Of a DNA stretch of 64,000 bases, positions 14,029 through 26,551 are shown piece after piece. Each line of letters starts with the position of its first letter. Position 1 is the stretch's first letter. Source of the stretch: Camelus ferus (taxonomy: Eukaryota); assembly GCF_009834535.1 (NCBI RefSeq), contig NC_045697.1, forward strand, positions 100,938,001 to 101,002,000, read 5' to 3'. A program made the translations under genes and the position numbers. The notes below the pieces were generated by a model. That model was not told where the DNA came from and searched no databases. It was given only the letters and a program-made list of their open reading frames with translations.

Positions 14029-14602
14029 TGTTACAGCCCTTTATATCCAACCATCAACGCGTTTTTCATAATACCTTTGAAACCACGTCCCCCTAAAATG
14101 AAGTTCCCTTACCAAGTTTATGATTAATCTCTGTCCAAAACTTTATTCCCATTCTTGGCCCCTCTGACCTCCATCCTGTGCTCATCCACCAGTCAGATGA
14201 CTAAAATCGCTGTTGTGGATAACATCATTAATGCACCAAAATTGCTGTTGTAGATTAACTTACTCAGGCTGTTTCTCCAGGGCAGGATGAGCTAACAGAC
14301 CCCCAAGCCATGGACCACCTGGCCAGAGAATCATAAACCAGAGACATTCTGACTCCTGAGACTAAGGATAAGACTTAAGGATTTCCCAGGGAATGTCACA
14401 AAAATGATGACTAATTCCAGTCTCTTTGTTCTTCCCCTTTAAAAGAATCCCCAACTCAAAGACTAAGTTGGAGTGGATTTGAGGCTTGCCTGCCACTCCC
14501 TTGCTGGGTGCCCTGCAACCAATCCTTACTTAGCTACAAACTCCCACTGTCAGAGTTTGGCTTTCTACGCTGCAGGAACAGGAGCCCTTTGCTGGGTTGT
14601 AC
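14029..14602 (+). mobile_element. Probable solo ERV1-class LTR (MER41-like)
   Basis: Starts TGTTACA; has an internal tandem duplication (aaaatcgctgttgtggataac / aaaattgctgttgtagattaac), a ccctttaaaag TATA-like box and a U5-like end (caaactcccactgtcagagtttggc). TSD not resolved. Confidence 0.6.
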
Positions 14603-15829
14603 CTTGCAACCTGTGTTGAGTATTTACTGAATATTTTCTTTACATTTACCAGATAAATTATTGAGATTCCCATAATTCTATTAATTTTGCAACACTAGAC
14701 TCCAATAAGAAAAATTAACATCTAGGAAGCACTTCCCCCCCCTTCCCTTTACACTAATGATTTTCAGGGCAAAGTATCAGTTTCTTCAGGGAGACAATAA
14801 ATAAATATTTCTCTTATTTTATTCTTACTTTATTTATTATTTTTTTCACAATGATTTAAAAAAAAAAGTCCTTGGTTGCTTAGACTATTCAGAACATAGA
14901 ACAAGAAGTTGATGAATGAACGAGGCAGGTTTATAAAGGCTAAGAAACACATTGCTTTCCTGTGACACTTGTGAGAATTGCTCTTAATTTTGTACTCATA
15001 GATTTTTAATTTTCAGAAGCAGGAGCTTAAAAATAAAACATATGACTTGACTTATTTGAATTCAAATTAAAGCTAATGACAAGTTAACAATGGCAAGGAG
15101 GAGGGAAAAAAAAACTCCCAGTCAAGTATCCAGGTCTTTCTGGCTCACCTCATCTTCTGCGGGGCTGTGCTAAGGTCTTTAACGAAAGTCATGAACTGGG
15201 ATGTCCCCCTACTCCTCTGTACTCAGACTGGATACAAATTCAACCCACCACAGTCTTTAGCAAATCAAACAACTCCCCGTGTTATTTCTGCAAAGAAAAT
15301 GACTATCTAAAGATACGATGCCTCACCAGGGCAGGGATGACGTTTAACACCCAGCACTTTTGACGGCGGACAGGACTTAATAAGGACCAGACACAGAAAG
15401 CAGCCTGTGGAGGCTGCTTCGCGGTCCCTTATCACTGATGGGCTCTTTTGTCATTAGAATTTGCTCTCTGGTGTCATCTTATGGGGACTGACGGTCTTCC
15501 CACGGCTTCATCCTGGGGAAGACAGAGGTCTCAAGACCAGTGCAGTCTTCGCTCTTCCAACTCCCAGAACTGTCCTCTTTCTGAGTGTGTCATTCCTGGC
15601 CTCGAATACATTCACTCCCATGCCCTCTCTTGGACTTTGGTCACACTACCTTCCTTCTTCACTTACATCCTTTTCCCCTGGCAGTTCATTGTTACTTTAT
15701 TCCAGCACACTATCTATTTTCACTATTTTTTCTACATATTTCTTACTTGCCAAGAGTCTCCTCTCCACTGGAGGAAATGCATCAACAAGGTGTATTTCTT
15801 ACATGTTCTTTCCTTATACCCTAGCTCCG

Positions 15830-16020
15830 TACTGCTCAAATTTTATCAGGTATAAGATTCACTTGGGGCTGAGGTCAGGACCTGGGTGTTTTTAATAAAG
15901 AATGCAGGGTCCCTGGCAACACCAAGCAATTCTGCTACAGTAGGTCACAGCCTTGGTAACCAAGCACCCAGGAAGGCTGATGCAGGTGGACGGCTGAGCA
16001 TTTTAGAGACACCCGCTGCC
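15830..16020. mobile_element. MER5B-like hAT fragment
   Basis: caagcacccaggaaggctgatgcaggtgg...ttttagagacacc resembles the MER5 end. Confidence 0.5.
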
Positions 16021-17099
16021 ATTGTTTTGACTGCGAGATGTCCTCCACACCTTTGATCACAATACACAATGACCCTGAAAGAAGTTCCTTATTCTTAGTC
16101 TTAAGTTTCTTATTCTTAACTCATTCTAATTTTCATAATGCTCTCTCTAAGGCTACTTTTGCACTCCATCTTTATATTCAGGGCAAATTAGTTTGGCTCC
16201 CGTCTCATTACCAGTGTTGCCTCCCCTGACCTTTTCCATCATCCTTTCATCCTTTCTCTCCCAGTATACTCCCCATCCTCCCCCTATACTTCCTCTCCTC
16301 CCCCCCATACATTCTTCAATCACCATCATGGGACATAACCGTAACTCCTGCCCCCTGCCCCTAAGTCAGCCTCCGTTCGAGCAGAGTTATGTAACAGGCA
16401 TTGGTTCTCCTGGCTAAGACTTTTAACGATAAGTATCTTACCTAGTGAGGCTGAAAGATTCATTTTCCACGATAAAAGCCAATGTTGGTGTCCAGGATGA
16501 AATAGTATGGTATGGAAAAAAAATATCACCACCCACAAAATAATTTTAAGAATACATAAATTTCATCTACCTATTCAGCGCCTTACTCTTTAAACATGTC
16601 ATATATTTTAACAGTTATAGCTTCTTAAATAGAAAGTTATGAATATAATTTAATTATTGAGATAAAAAGAATATAGCTAAACTCTATTTTATAGAGGTCT
16701 GAAATTTAAACTCAATCCAAACACTTGAATCAACCATCAATCAGACAAAACCAGAAGGAAGAAAAAATATTTGCTTGGACCAAAAAATACTTGATTGGAT
16801 ATAAATAATACAACAAATCATGGATAATTAAATTGAAATTAGTTTCATAATACTTTTGTATCGATGAAACAGTGGAGTGTATATATGCATGTATATCTAT
16901 ATACACACTTTAATATATATTTATTTAAATTATTTAATATCTGTTTAATTAGAATACACACACATCCACCCTATACTCATATGTGCATGTTATTACTAGA
17001 GGTGTCATTTTTTGAGATATAAAAAGAAAAGTAAAGCACATAGTGAAATAGTATTCATAAACGCTAATTGACAACCAGAACAGGATTAAAACAATGATT

Positions 17100-17620
17100 A
17101 TATTCTCTTGTGTGTATGTTTCACCTCAGTCGCTTCCTATTGGGCCTCTTATTTCCCCATCCTCCAGTGCTGGCATGCTCCAGGGAGCAGATCTTGGAAC
17201 TCTTCCTTTTTTTTTAAATCTACATTTCCTTCCTAAGTAATCTCATTTAATCTTGGGGTTTAAAAACCTCAGTTGTGCTAATCATTTTCAAATTCATTCA
17301 TCTCTCGCCTAGAATTTTCCCTGAACTCCATCAAAAGCAAAAGCCCTCCTCTTGACAGTTCCAACGTATCATGTTCCAAACTGAGCTCCTGATCAGCAGA
17401 CAGGACGTTCTCAGCAACCAGCTGCTTTCTACCCGCTTCTCCAGCCTAGCTCATGGCAAGTCCATTTGATGCGGTCTATGTCTCTCCCCATCTCTTCTCT
17501 TCCTCTTCTAATTTTTGCCCAATTTTTCAGAAAATTCTGCCTTTCTCTTCCAAAACTATGCGGAATCCAACCACGTATCTCCACACTCACTGCAACCACC
17601 TCACTGCCCTCACTCTGAGA
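17100..17620 (+). mobile_element. L2 LINE fragment
   Basis: Pyrimidine-rich L2 text: ttccctgaactcca; catgttccaaactgagctcctgatc. Confidence 0.65.
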
Positions 17621-19064
17621 CACTGAAATCCTTGACTTATGCTTAGGTTGGATGGAGGCAGGAGGCAGGCAAGGAGGGAGGAATAAAGCAGTTCCTTCTT
17701 AGCCCCACACTCAGGCCCCAAATCCGGGGATTCACTCTGCCATTTCTCCTTGCCTTTCTTCCCCTGCACTGCCGCTACCTCCATTCCTTAATCCATTTAC
17801 TCAAGCAAGCTACTACTTTGGTAAACCGAGTCATGAAAAAACAAAGATGAGAGATGACGAGGAGGCAAGGAGGGAAAAGGGAAGGAAAACAGAGGGAGGA
17901 CAGGCACGAGTAGATGACGGCTGATGAACTTTGGAAAATGCTATGTAGTGATGTGCCTCCCCTCCAGTGGCAGAACCAAATCCCCAGAGAAAAGTCTAAG
18001 GACTATTTCCATCTTTTTTTTTTTTTTCCCTACTCAAGCCCTACTTGCAAAAAAAAAGAGAAAAAAAAATTTCTTGACTTCAAAGGGAGGGATAGACATG
18101 CCTTCAGTTCTAACTGTGAAGAAAATCGTGTGGATAATAAATGAAAATTTACACCTTAGTGCACTTGAATATACCCTTTTGGCTTCACAGGGTTTAACAA
18201 TGTGCTTCATGCAATTGTAGAAGGTAAAAAAAAAATCCGCCTCTGCTTTTCCCCATGCATCCTTTTCTTTCTTTCTTTCTTTTTCTGTTAGAAGTATGAC
18301 TTAGAGAAAAGAACTTGAAAGAAAATAATATTTGTTTTTTTGTCTCCTATGGACTTCACTTATGTAGAGTTTCATGATCTAAGCTTAAATTGATGTTTAC
18401 CTCTGAAACTACTCTTTTAAAAATACTGGCTTCATGGAAATTTTAGAATCAGCATTTTGCATAAAGCTCGACTCTGCCATTGATTAGCTCTGTGACAGGC
18501 TGACGCTAATGAAGATGGGAACAAAGAAACTAAAATTCATTTCATTTCAGCTCCACTCATCCACAAAGGATATCTGCCTATTGGCTCTGATCACATGTGG
18601 CTTCTACTATCCCCCTTTTCAGTTTGCAAGTTCTCATCTGCAATTCCTTAACCATTAAGACCTCTTTTCTGTATATAGCCCTTCCGTAGTCTGATTCTAG
18701 CCCCAATAAAAAAGTTCCCAGGCACTAATATCTGCCCTTTGAGTAAACGAAGCCCAGTGTGTTTTCACTTCCTTCCAGTGGCCTGTTCCCGTTTATCTGT
18801 GATTTCCTTGCCCTAATATCCTCTGCCAACTTCCAAGAGTCTGCTCAGATCTATTTCTGCCTCGTCTGGCTTCCGGTATCTTCATGCTCACTCCTCTGTG
18901 AAGATGTGATGCAGTAACACCCTAACCAGGTCCTCCAGTCCTCTCCCACCTAAAACATTTCTCAGCTCCATCCTGGACCTTATTCATCCATAAGCCTTAA
19001 TCAAAGCACAGAGTGACCTACGTTACAAGAATAGAAACCATTCCCAAACACAAGGCATAGGTAA

Positions 19065-19228
19065 ATGGACCCTCGACTGCAAATGGCCCTGAGGGACATT
19101 TTTAGGGGTGATGGAAATGTCCTAAAATTGGATTGTGATGATAATTGCACAACTCTATAAATTTACTAAAAATCATTGAACCATACTTTTAAAATAGGTC
19201 AGTTGCATGGTATGCAGTTTATACTACA
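19065..19228 (+). mobile_element. L1MB/L1MC-type 3' end
   Basis: ggggtgatggaaatgtcctaaaattggattgtgatgataattgcacaactctataaatttactaaaaatcattgaa. Confidence 0.8.
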
Positions 19229-19407
19229 AAGGCAGAGAGTAGAATGGTGGTTCTCAGGGAACTGGGGAGACGTTGGTCAAGGGAAATAGAGTTTCATTTA
19301 CGCACGAGGCACATGGTCTGGAGAGCAATGTACAGCCTGGTGACTAGTTAACAATGCTGTATTGTATTCTTGAAATTTGCTAAGAGGGTAGATTTTAAGT
19401 TTTCTCA

Positions 19408-19440
<33 letters not shown>

Positions 19441-19603
19441 GAAAGAAAAAAAAGCTAAATATGTGAGATGATGGATAGGCTAAGTAGCTGGATTGCAGTG
19501 ATTATTTCACAATGTGTACATATATCAAAACATCAAGTTATACGCCCTGAATATATAAAAATTTTATTTGTCAATTATACTTCAATAAAGGTGGGGGGGG
19601 GGA
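19229..19603 (+). mobile_element. L1MA9/L1MA10-type 3' end containing (CA)15 at 19409-19438
   Basis: gcagagagtagaatggtggtt...tgaaatttgctaagagggtagattttaag...atttgtcaattatacttcaataaag. Confidence 0.85.
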
Positions 19604-19819
19604 AGCAAATGTTCCCAGCATATGATACTACAGTGCTGGTGATTATGATTCTGCGATAAGAACTCAGGAAAACAGAAGGTATATTTAGAAGACACTTCAT
19701 GTTTTTCCCTGTTACATCCAATGATATTTTTATGGAGGGTCTCTAATAAAGCCAATGGTTTATACTATAGAATTTACACTAACAACCCAAGCCTTTTTCT
19801 CCTTCTCTCTCTCTCATTT

Positions 19820-20070
19820 TAATAGCTAATAATTATTGGGTTTATACTATGGGCCTAGAATTGCACTAATTTCTTTGCAAGGATTATTTTATTTAATTGT
19901 GACAATAACTCTCTTGAGGAACAAATATTCCATTATATAGATTTAGAAATTGAAGCTGGGTAGGGTAAGTAACTTGGCCTAGAACATACAACTGATATAG
20001 ATGGGAGAACCAGAGTTTAAGTGCAGGTCTCTGTATTTCACAGTTTGAACCCTTAATTATGTTTTACTAC
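19820..20070 (-). mobile_element. MIR SINE
   Basis: aatagctaataattattgggtttatactatgggcctag...agaaattgaagct...gtaagtaacttggcc. Confidence 0.7.
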
Positions 20071-20590
20071 TTTATAAACATGGTATTGATCCATTTTTAA
20101 TTTGGAAAAATTATAATATCATAACTAACAGAGGAAACATCTTTTATTTAGTAACATAATGGTAGGTACAGCATATAATAGTAAGATAAAGTTAACTGAA
20201 GTTTTCATCTTCTAATTAAGACAAAGCTCATTTGAGAAGATGTATGTTTTATTTCATAACACAGAAAGGGCAGCAGGGTTTTACAAAGATATTTCTCTCA
20301 TTCTACAACTAAATAAAAAAGAGAGATAGAAAACAAAACTATCTTAAAAGAAACAGGACTTCGTCTGTATCTACTGGTATCTATCTAAGGAAACTTACTA
20401 CCTTTCCAAAACATTCACCAATATCTTTAGGTCGATATCTTCTGTGTATACATAATTTCATGTTTTCTGCAAGTGTGTTTTTTTATGTGCATATTATTTT
20501 ATTAGCATTAAAGGCTATTATTCTTAAAATGTTTTAGAAGTAGATATCAGATTATAAAATGAAAGATTTTTTTTAACTTTTTATAGGAAA

Positions 20591-20640
20591 TTTTTTTTGT
20601 TGAAGTACAGCCAATTACAATGTGTCAATCTCTGGTGTAC
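20591..20640 (-). mobile_element. Very short L1 3'-terminal insertion (lineage-specific type)
   Basis: tttttgttgaagtacagccaattacaatgtgtcaatctctggtgtac is the reverse complement of the L1 tail seen at 40128-40219. Confidence 0.7.
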
Positions 20641-21699
20641 TTTTAAAGTACATCTCTAGACACCTCATAATCTACATACTAATTGAAATGACAACATAGT
20701 GTTCCACTTTAGTGCTGCAGAATAGCTTGCTCATTTGTGGTGTTTCTAATATTAATATTTTACTATTATGAATAAAATCCATGAACATCTAAAATATTTA
20801 CTTTTTTCCTTTATTATTTTTATTATACATTTATTCCTAAATAAGTGGTTTTCCTGAGGTGTATTTGGGAGGGCTGCAGACAGAGAACCAATAAGGCTGG
20901 AGTCTGGGAAATATTTTTACTGACTACTATACAGTAGCAGATTAAAAAGGTAACTGATTTGAGTGCAAATCACCATGTTAAATCATGTGTTTTTAATAAT
21001 ACAGATAAAGTAAATTACTTTGAAAACTCTATTTTCATAAAAGCCGAGAAAGAATTGAATGAATCAACTTTGTAAAATTTTTATCCATTTAAAAATATTA
21101 AAAATAGCAAAATCAATTCCTAGAAAGGTCATTCGATTTTTTGATATCACACAGTTAAGATTATGTGTTTTATTTTCAGACACTGCTCTCTTTCCCAAAT
21201 TTATTATCTCTATAAATTCTAGCATCATTTAGCAAATTCATTTTCATTTACAATTAAAGTAATTTTCTCTAAAGTAAAGATTTAATTTTTAGGAAGTCTA
21301 AACTGATGCACTTTATACAGTGATTCTTGCCTAAGCTTCAGATCCTACTTTGCATCACAAGCTTTTGGATAGGTGATTGGAAGAATGTTGCCAATTTTTA
21401 AATGTTAAAGTCACCTCCATATTACTAATATTGACCCAAATTTTAGGTTGTTTTTTTTTTTTAATGAAAATCATCACCTTTCCCTCTTTCAGAAGTATAT
21501 TTTCTCTTCCTAGTGAGGCACAAGCCAACACACTCTAATCCCTGACAAATGGCTGTTTTAAAGCCTACAAGACATTTACCACAAACACCCCTATGTTTCT
21601 GTTACTTAATACAGACACCAGGATCTCTCCAGGCAGAGTAATCTGCTCTCCCTTCTCCTATGGCAGGCAATGCTTTCACGCTTTTCATTTACTCCCTCA

Positions 21700-22520
21700 T
21701 ATAACTTATTTGTTCAATGCACTTATCAAGTTAGTTCCTGGGGATACAGACCTGGTCCACGCCCTGGTACACAGAGTCTAGAGGGGAAGGGAGACAGTTC
21801 AGTGTGTCTGCACACTGGGGGCTAAAAGCAGATGTGACCCCACCAAGGAGTCATCGAAGGCTGCGAGGTTGAGGAGGTTCAGTCCTTTTCACCATGGAGG
21901 GTGGTGTGAGAGGAGACGATGGTGTGCATAGTGGAAGATGAAGCTGAGCAGACATCAAGGCCAGATTATACAGGAATGCATTATGCGCCTTGTGCTTTAT
22001 TCTCAGGCAAGAGGCAGCTATAGAATGTTTCAAATTATGAAATCACAAGGTTGTTATTTTGTAAATATTATTCCAACCGAGGTGAGGAAAATGGATTAGA
22101 TGAGAGCCAGCCTGGAAGAGGGAGAGTGACTAAGAGATTTGGCAGCAGAACATTTAAACGACAGTGATTCTAGGGTTTAGGATCATCCTAACCATGATTC
22201 ATTATTGACACGAATGGCTTCCTCAGAAGTAAGAAGGTAGAAGTGACAGAATTGATTTTATTTTTTTTTGAAGTAGAAGCAAGGGAAGAAAAGTAGGCAA
22301 GGATTTTTCAGGTGTCTAAGTTGAACATATAAATGGATGATGGTGTCTTAATTAAGGAAAACAACCCCCAAAAGAAGTTTGAGGATAAGGGGTGAGAAAT
22401 GACCAAATATGTTGACTTTGAGGTGTTTGGATGATACCATTCACGTGGAGCTGTCTACCAGATGGTTGGAAATACATGTCTGAAACTCATAAGCCAAGCC
22501 TGGGCTTAGCACAGAGATGA
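21700..22520 (-). mobile_element. L2 LINE fragment
   Basis: Purine-rich antisense L2 text: gttgactttgaggtgtttgg...gtggagctgtctaccagatggttggaaatacatgtctgaaactca. Confidence 0.7.
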
Positions 22521-22559
22521 TTCATGAAGCCCAATGCTCAAGAGTATGTGGGCAATTGG

Positions 22560-22895
22560 GTATCTGTGCACACTGATGTGACTTTAGTGGAGGCAATATG
22601 GCAGCATCTCTAAAATGTCACCACTTCAACTACTGTAATTTCACTTTTAGAAATTTTATCAAAAAGAAATACTCATACATTTGCAGATATACGAGAATAA
22701 GAGTACAGGTATATCTTGCAAACAGAGAGAGTCATAACAAAAATCAGAAACAATCTAAATGACCATCAATACTGTGTTGATTAGATAATTATGCTACATT
22801 CAATCAATAAAATCCTACTTAGCTTTTGGAAAAGAGATTTATAGTTTTTGAAACGAAAGGTTGTCAGAACATTTTCTTTAGTGGAAAAAAACTTG
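22560..22895 (+). mobile_element. L1ME-type fragment
   Basis: ggaggcaatatggcagcatct...taatttcacttttagaaatttt...aaacaatctaaatgaccatcaata. Confidence 0.65.
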
Positions 22896-22911
22896 TTTAC
22901 ATGTTTTACAT

Positions 22912-23130
22912 AAATAATAGCTAACATCTACTAAGCCTTCATTATGTGCCAGGTACCATTATAAATGTGTGGTCCATATGAAGTCATCAGATCTTCAGAA
23001 CAATCCTATGAGGTAAGCAATATTATTTCTGTGTTACAAATGAGGAAACCATGGTTGAGAGAGAGGAGGTAATTTGACTAACGTCATAATGTCAGTAAGT
23101 GCCCAAGCCAGGATTCCAATCCATCCTAGG
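22912..23130 (-). mobile_element. MIR SINE
   Basis: aataatagctaacat...tatgtgccaggtacc...aacaatcctatgaggtaag...ttacaaatgaggaaac. Confidence 0.8.
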
Positions 23131-24506
23131 AGTGGAGTCCTATGAATTATCTAAGATTAACGTTTCTGCCTTGACCCAGAAATGGAGGCCAGAAAAATGA
23201 AACTGAGTTATAAGTCAAGAGTGTCACATTCCCATGACCTGAGTTTGTAGACTAAGAGTCATGATCACTGAAAACTCAGATAGTTTGATACCCAGAAGAA
23301 ACTGCATAGGGAAATACATTACGCTGTTCAGATTTGTTTACTTTGGGGAAGGAGAGCAGAAAAGTTAGGCTTTTCACACTATATGCTTCTTTATTCTTAG
23401 AATTTGTGTACTACTAAGCAAATTTTATTTTTTCATATAGTTAAAAAGAGAACAAGGGAGGAGAAAACCTGCATTATAAATTCATTTAGGATCAGATGCA
23501 ACTTTGCAAAAATCCTTTTACTCTCTTACATTACATTTAGTTCAATGTTTTGTAAGTGTCATCATTTAGTCTGAAGAATATGTCCAAGCCTTAACAAGGC
23601 TTTTTAATTATTTTATTTTCTCCCAACTCCAAGTGGTAGATGTGTAAGAGCTAAAACTGGCCTATTCTTGAAGATCTGTTGTTGCGTACAGGGAGATACA
23701 TATAGGGAAGTGCACATGCATGAGAAAGGCCAGGTACACAGTTTTGGCAGACCCAGCATTGTATTTGCTCAAAAATGAACTGCGCTGAGAGCTAAATGTG
23801 GTCAAGGAGGAACTGACTCACTCGAAGGAGAAAATATACCTCCAAGGAAATCAAATCATAATCAACACAAAATTAAATTGTCTTCTCCTTGAAAATGACA
23901 TAATCAGCTACTGGATACAGTTCAAAAGGAAAAAAGAAAAAGGAATGGATAGGGCTTTTATTCACACTTCCTCTTATTTCCATAGAGTCTGTGTGATTTT
24001 TATTATACTTAATTAAAAAAAAATGTTGGTGCTTTTTTTTCCAAAAGAGAAAAATATATATTTGAAAGTGAATAGGAGGTGAATTTTAGCTGTAATCTAT
24101 AAGACTGATATATTTAAAGATACAAACGTTGGTGGAGGGGGCATGACTTCCAAAAACGAAAGACACATAAGATTTTTTAAACGGAGAGAACTCAATTTAC
24201 ATACTTTGAAGAAACAGTCATTTTAATTCATTTTGAATTTTTCAATTTATAATTGAAAAAATAGAAAGATACAGATTACATGTGTAAAAACAAGCTGGAA
24301 GAGGCTGCACCAACGTGCCCCCAGTAACTGTCATGTTGAAGAGGGAGATGATGGGTGATTTTAATGTCGTTCTTTTGACTTGTCTTCATTTTCCAATAAA
24401 CATATTTACAAAATTGGAAAACTGTCAATAGAAAGTCTTTATTAAGAATGTATACTACTAAAAGATCAACGATTGCTACTTAAAAGATATATGACAGTAT
24501 ACATGG

Positions 24507-24537
24507 ATTTTAGTGCATGTGCTGCCGAAGCGAGCAC
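24507..24537 (-). pseudogene. 3'-truncated (tailless) U6 snRNA retrocopy, U6 nt 1-31
   Basis: Minus strand reads GTGCTCGCTTCGGCAGCACATGCACTAAAAT versus U6 GTGCTCGCTTCGGCAGCACATATACTAAAAT (29/31). It is flanked by the direct repeat ATACATGGAT at 24499-24508 and 24540-24549. Confidence 0.92.
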
Positions 24538-26372
24538 AGATACATGGATCTAAATAGAGTTATGAGCTCAGACTCTGAACTGCTCCACCAGTGAGGGACA
24601 AGAAAAATTTCTGAGAGAAATCTACAGATCAAGCCGGAAACAGAGAAAGAGCTCCAAGTAGGAGGAAAAAGAAAACTGGCTCAAAATCAAATTAGGAATG
24701 CAGTCTTCTTGCTTTCACGGAACACATCTGAATTACTCATTCCCTTTCAAAAAAGAAATGAGGATCTTTATCTTAAGCTTGAACGTGAAGGGTCTGAAGA
24801 CAAATATCTTTGTAACTACTGCCTAGTTTGCTGATATGTCCCTGGAGAAAGTACAAAATGGGAAGAGATGGAAAACTTTGAAGGTTTTGCTTATTAAATA
24901 GCTCAGCTTCAGACCACTAATGAAAAATGTTAATTTATGTTTTGTCTCCCCCCAGTTAAGCAGTGGTTACTGATTCAATCTGAAGAGTGAATTTTAAAGG
25001 TAGCGGTATGATTTTATGCCCATCTCTCCCACTTCCGGTTTATCGGGTGCCGGCTTCACTGTAGGCTACAGAGATACGACACCTTTCCTTTTACCCAAGA
25101 AGCCTCTTATTTACACTAGACAATGGGAAAGTGTCTACTCATATTTCTCCTTACAATAGTAAGGACATTTTCCTTAGAAACTGTGTAACTGTTGTGGTTG
25201 TAGAACCACTGACCTCATAAAAGGTAAGGCTGGTTTGTTTAACTCTTTGTATTTACTGTTTTGCTTTCTTTCAGGAAACGCCCCCAAATTCTAGCACGGA
25301 CTCAGGTTGTAGGCTCAAGGACAGCCTGCAACATTTCTATCAGTCAAATTTTAGTCTGTTTTCCTCGGGACTTTTCTGAATTTTTTTTTTTTTTTTCCTC
25401 TCTCTCTTCCATTTTAAACTGTGGGGGAGTCAATGTTGACCATGGGACCTGGAGCAGATTGAAGTTGGGGGGTCGGGGAGTGGTGAGCGGAGGGAAAACC
25501 AAGGCAGACACTCAAGGCAGGCATTTGACATTAGGACCTCCGGCCGGGAGTTCGCTCTGAGTCCGCTCCTAATGTGGAGGCAGATCACAGGGAATTAATA
25601 TTCCTCATTAGAAATGAACACTGCCCCTCACTGGCTTTTTTTCTTCTTTACAAAGATGCTTGGTTTTCATGAGGTTGCTTTTTATCTTAATGAAAGGGCT
25701 GTGCTTTCAGGTCATGATCCTTCTCAGTGAAAAGTTCTGGCTGAATCTGAGGTTCCTGCTGAAATTAGAAGTGATCAAAGCAGGCGAAATATGTGTTGTG
25801 GTAGTTTTCCCCTTTCTTTTAAGTAATACTGGATGTAAAGCACTGATTCGTATTTTGAGGGAGGAATCCACAAGCTTTCAAATAGTGTTCAGGTAAATCA
25901 CTGAATCCAGGAACACAGTAAGTGTTTGCTGAACAAATGAATAAATAGGTTACAGACATCCAGGTTTTAAAATAATATATGAATAATTAGGTGCTTTGGT
26001 TCTCCTAGAAAAGTCTCATTTTTAAAGCATGAACAGCTCTATATATAATATGCTTGGTTTTACTCCTTTGTGTTACTCAGGCCCAAGTTCTTCCCAGATC
26101 AAAATGCCTTCAGTTTTATTCTCATCTTTAGTTCCATGTTACAATGATTTAATAAGTTTGAGATTTTCAAGCAAAAATTCCAAGAAGTGTGATGTAAGGC
26201 TTTTCTTCTTTATTGCAACAAATAGTCCTTTATGTAGATTTTCTTTCCTTCTGCAAAAACTAATTGAGGTCCTATACATTTTTTAAGTTTAACTCATCTG
26301 TGTCACTATTCCTGTTTCTCTTCTCCACGCCCTTCATCTGTCTCTCCCAGCACTACTCACTTACACCTGCAT

Positions 26373-26551
26373 CAGTGGTTCTCAACTTGAGCCACACGTT
26401 AGTCTCACCTGGGAAGCTTTTAAAATTTACCAATGCCTGGGCTACATTCCCAGGACTGACTTAATCTGTCTGGGGTGATATCCTGGCATAGATAAAATAT
26501 TATAAAACTCCAAAGGTGATTCTAATGTGCAGCCAAGGTTGAACACCCCTG
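26373..26551. mobile_element. MER5B/MER5A-like hAT-Charlie MITE, complete
   Basis: Terminal inverted repeats cagtggttctcaa ... ttgaacacccctg; internal ggtgattctaatgtgcagccaagg; about 179 bp. Confidence 0.85.

Noticed and set aside
24507..24537. Functional U6 snRNA gene
   Set aside because: Only 31 of about 107 nt are present, the ACAGAGA box is missing, and the fragment is bounded by a TSD.
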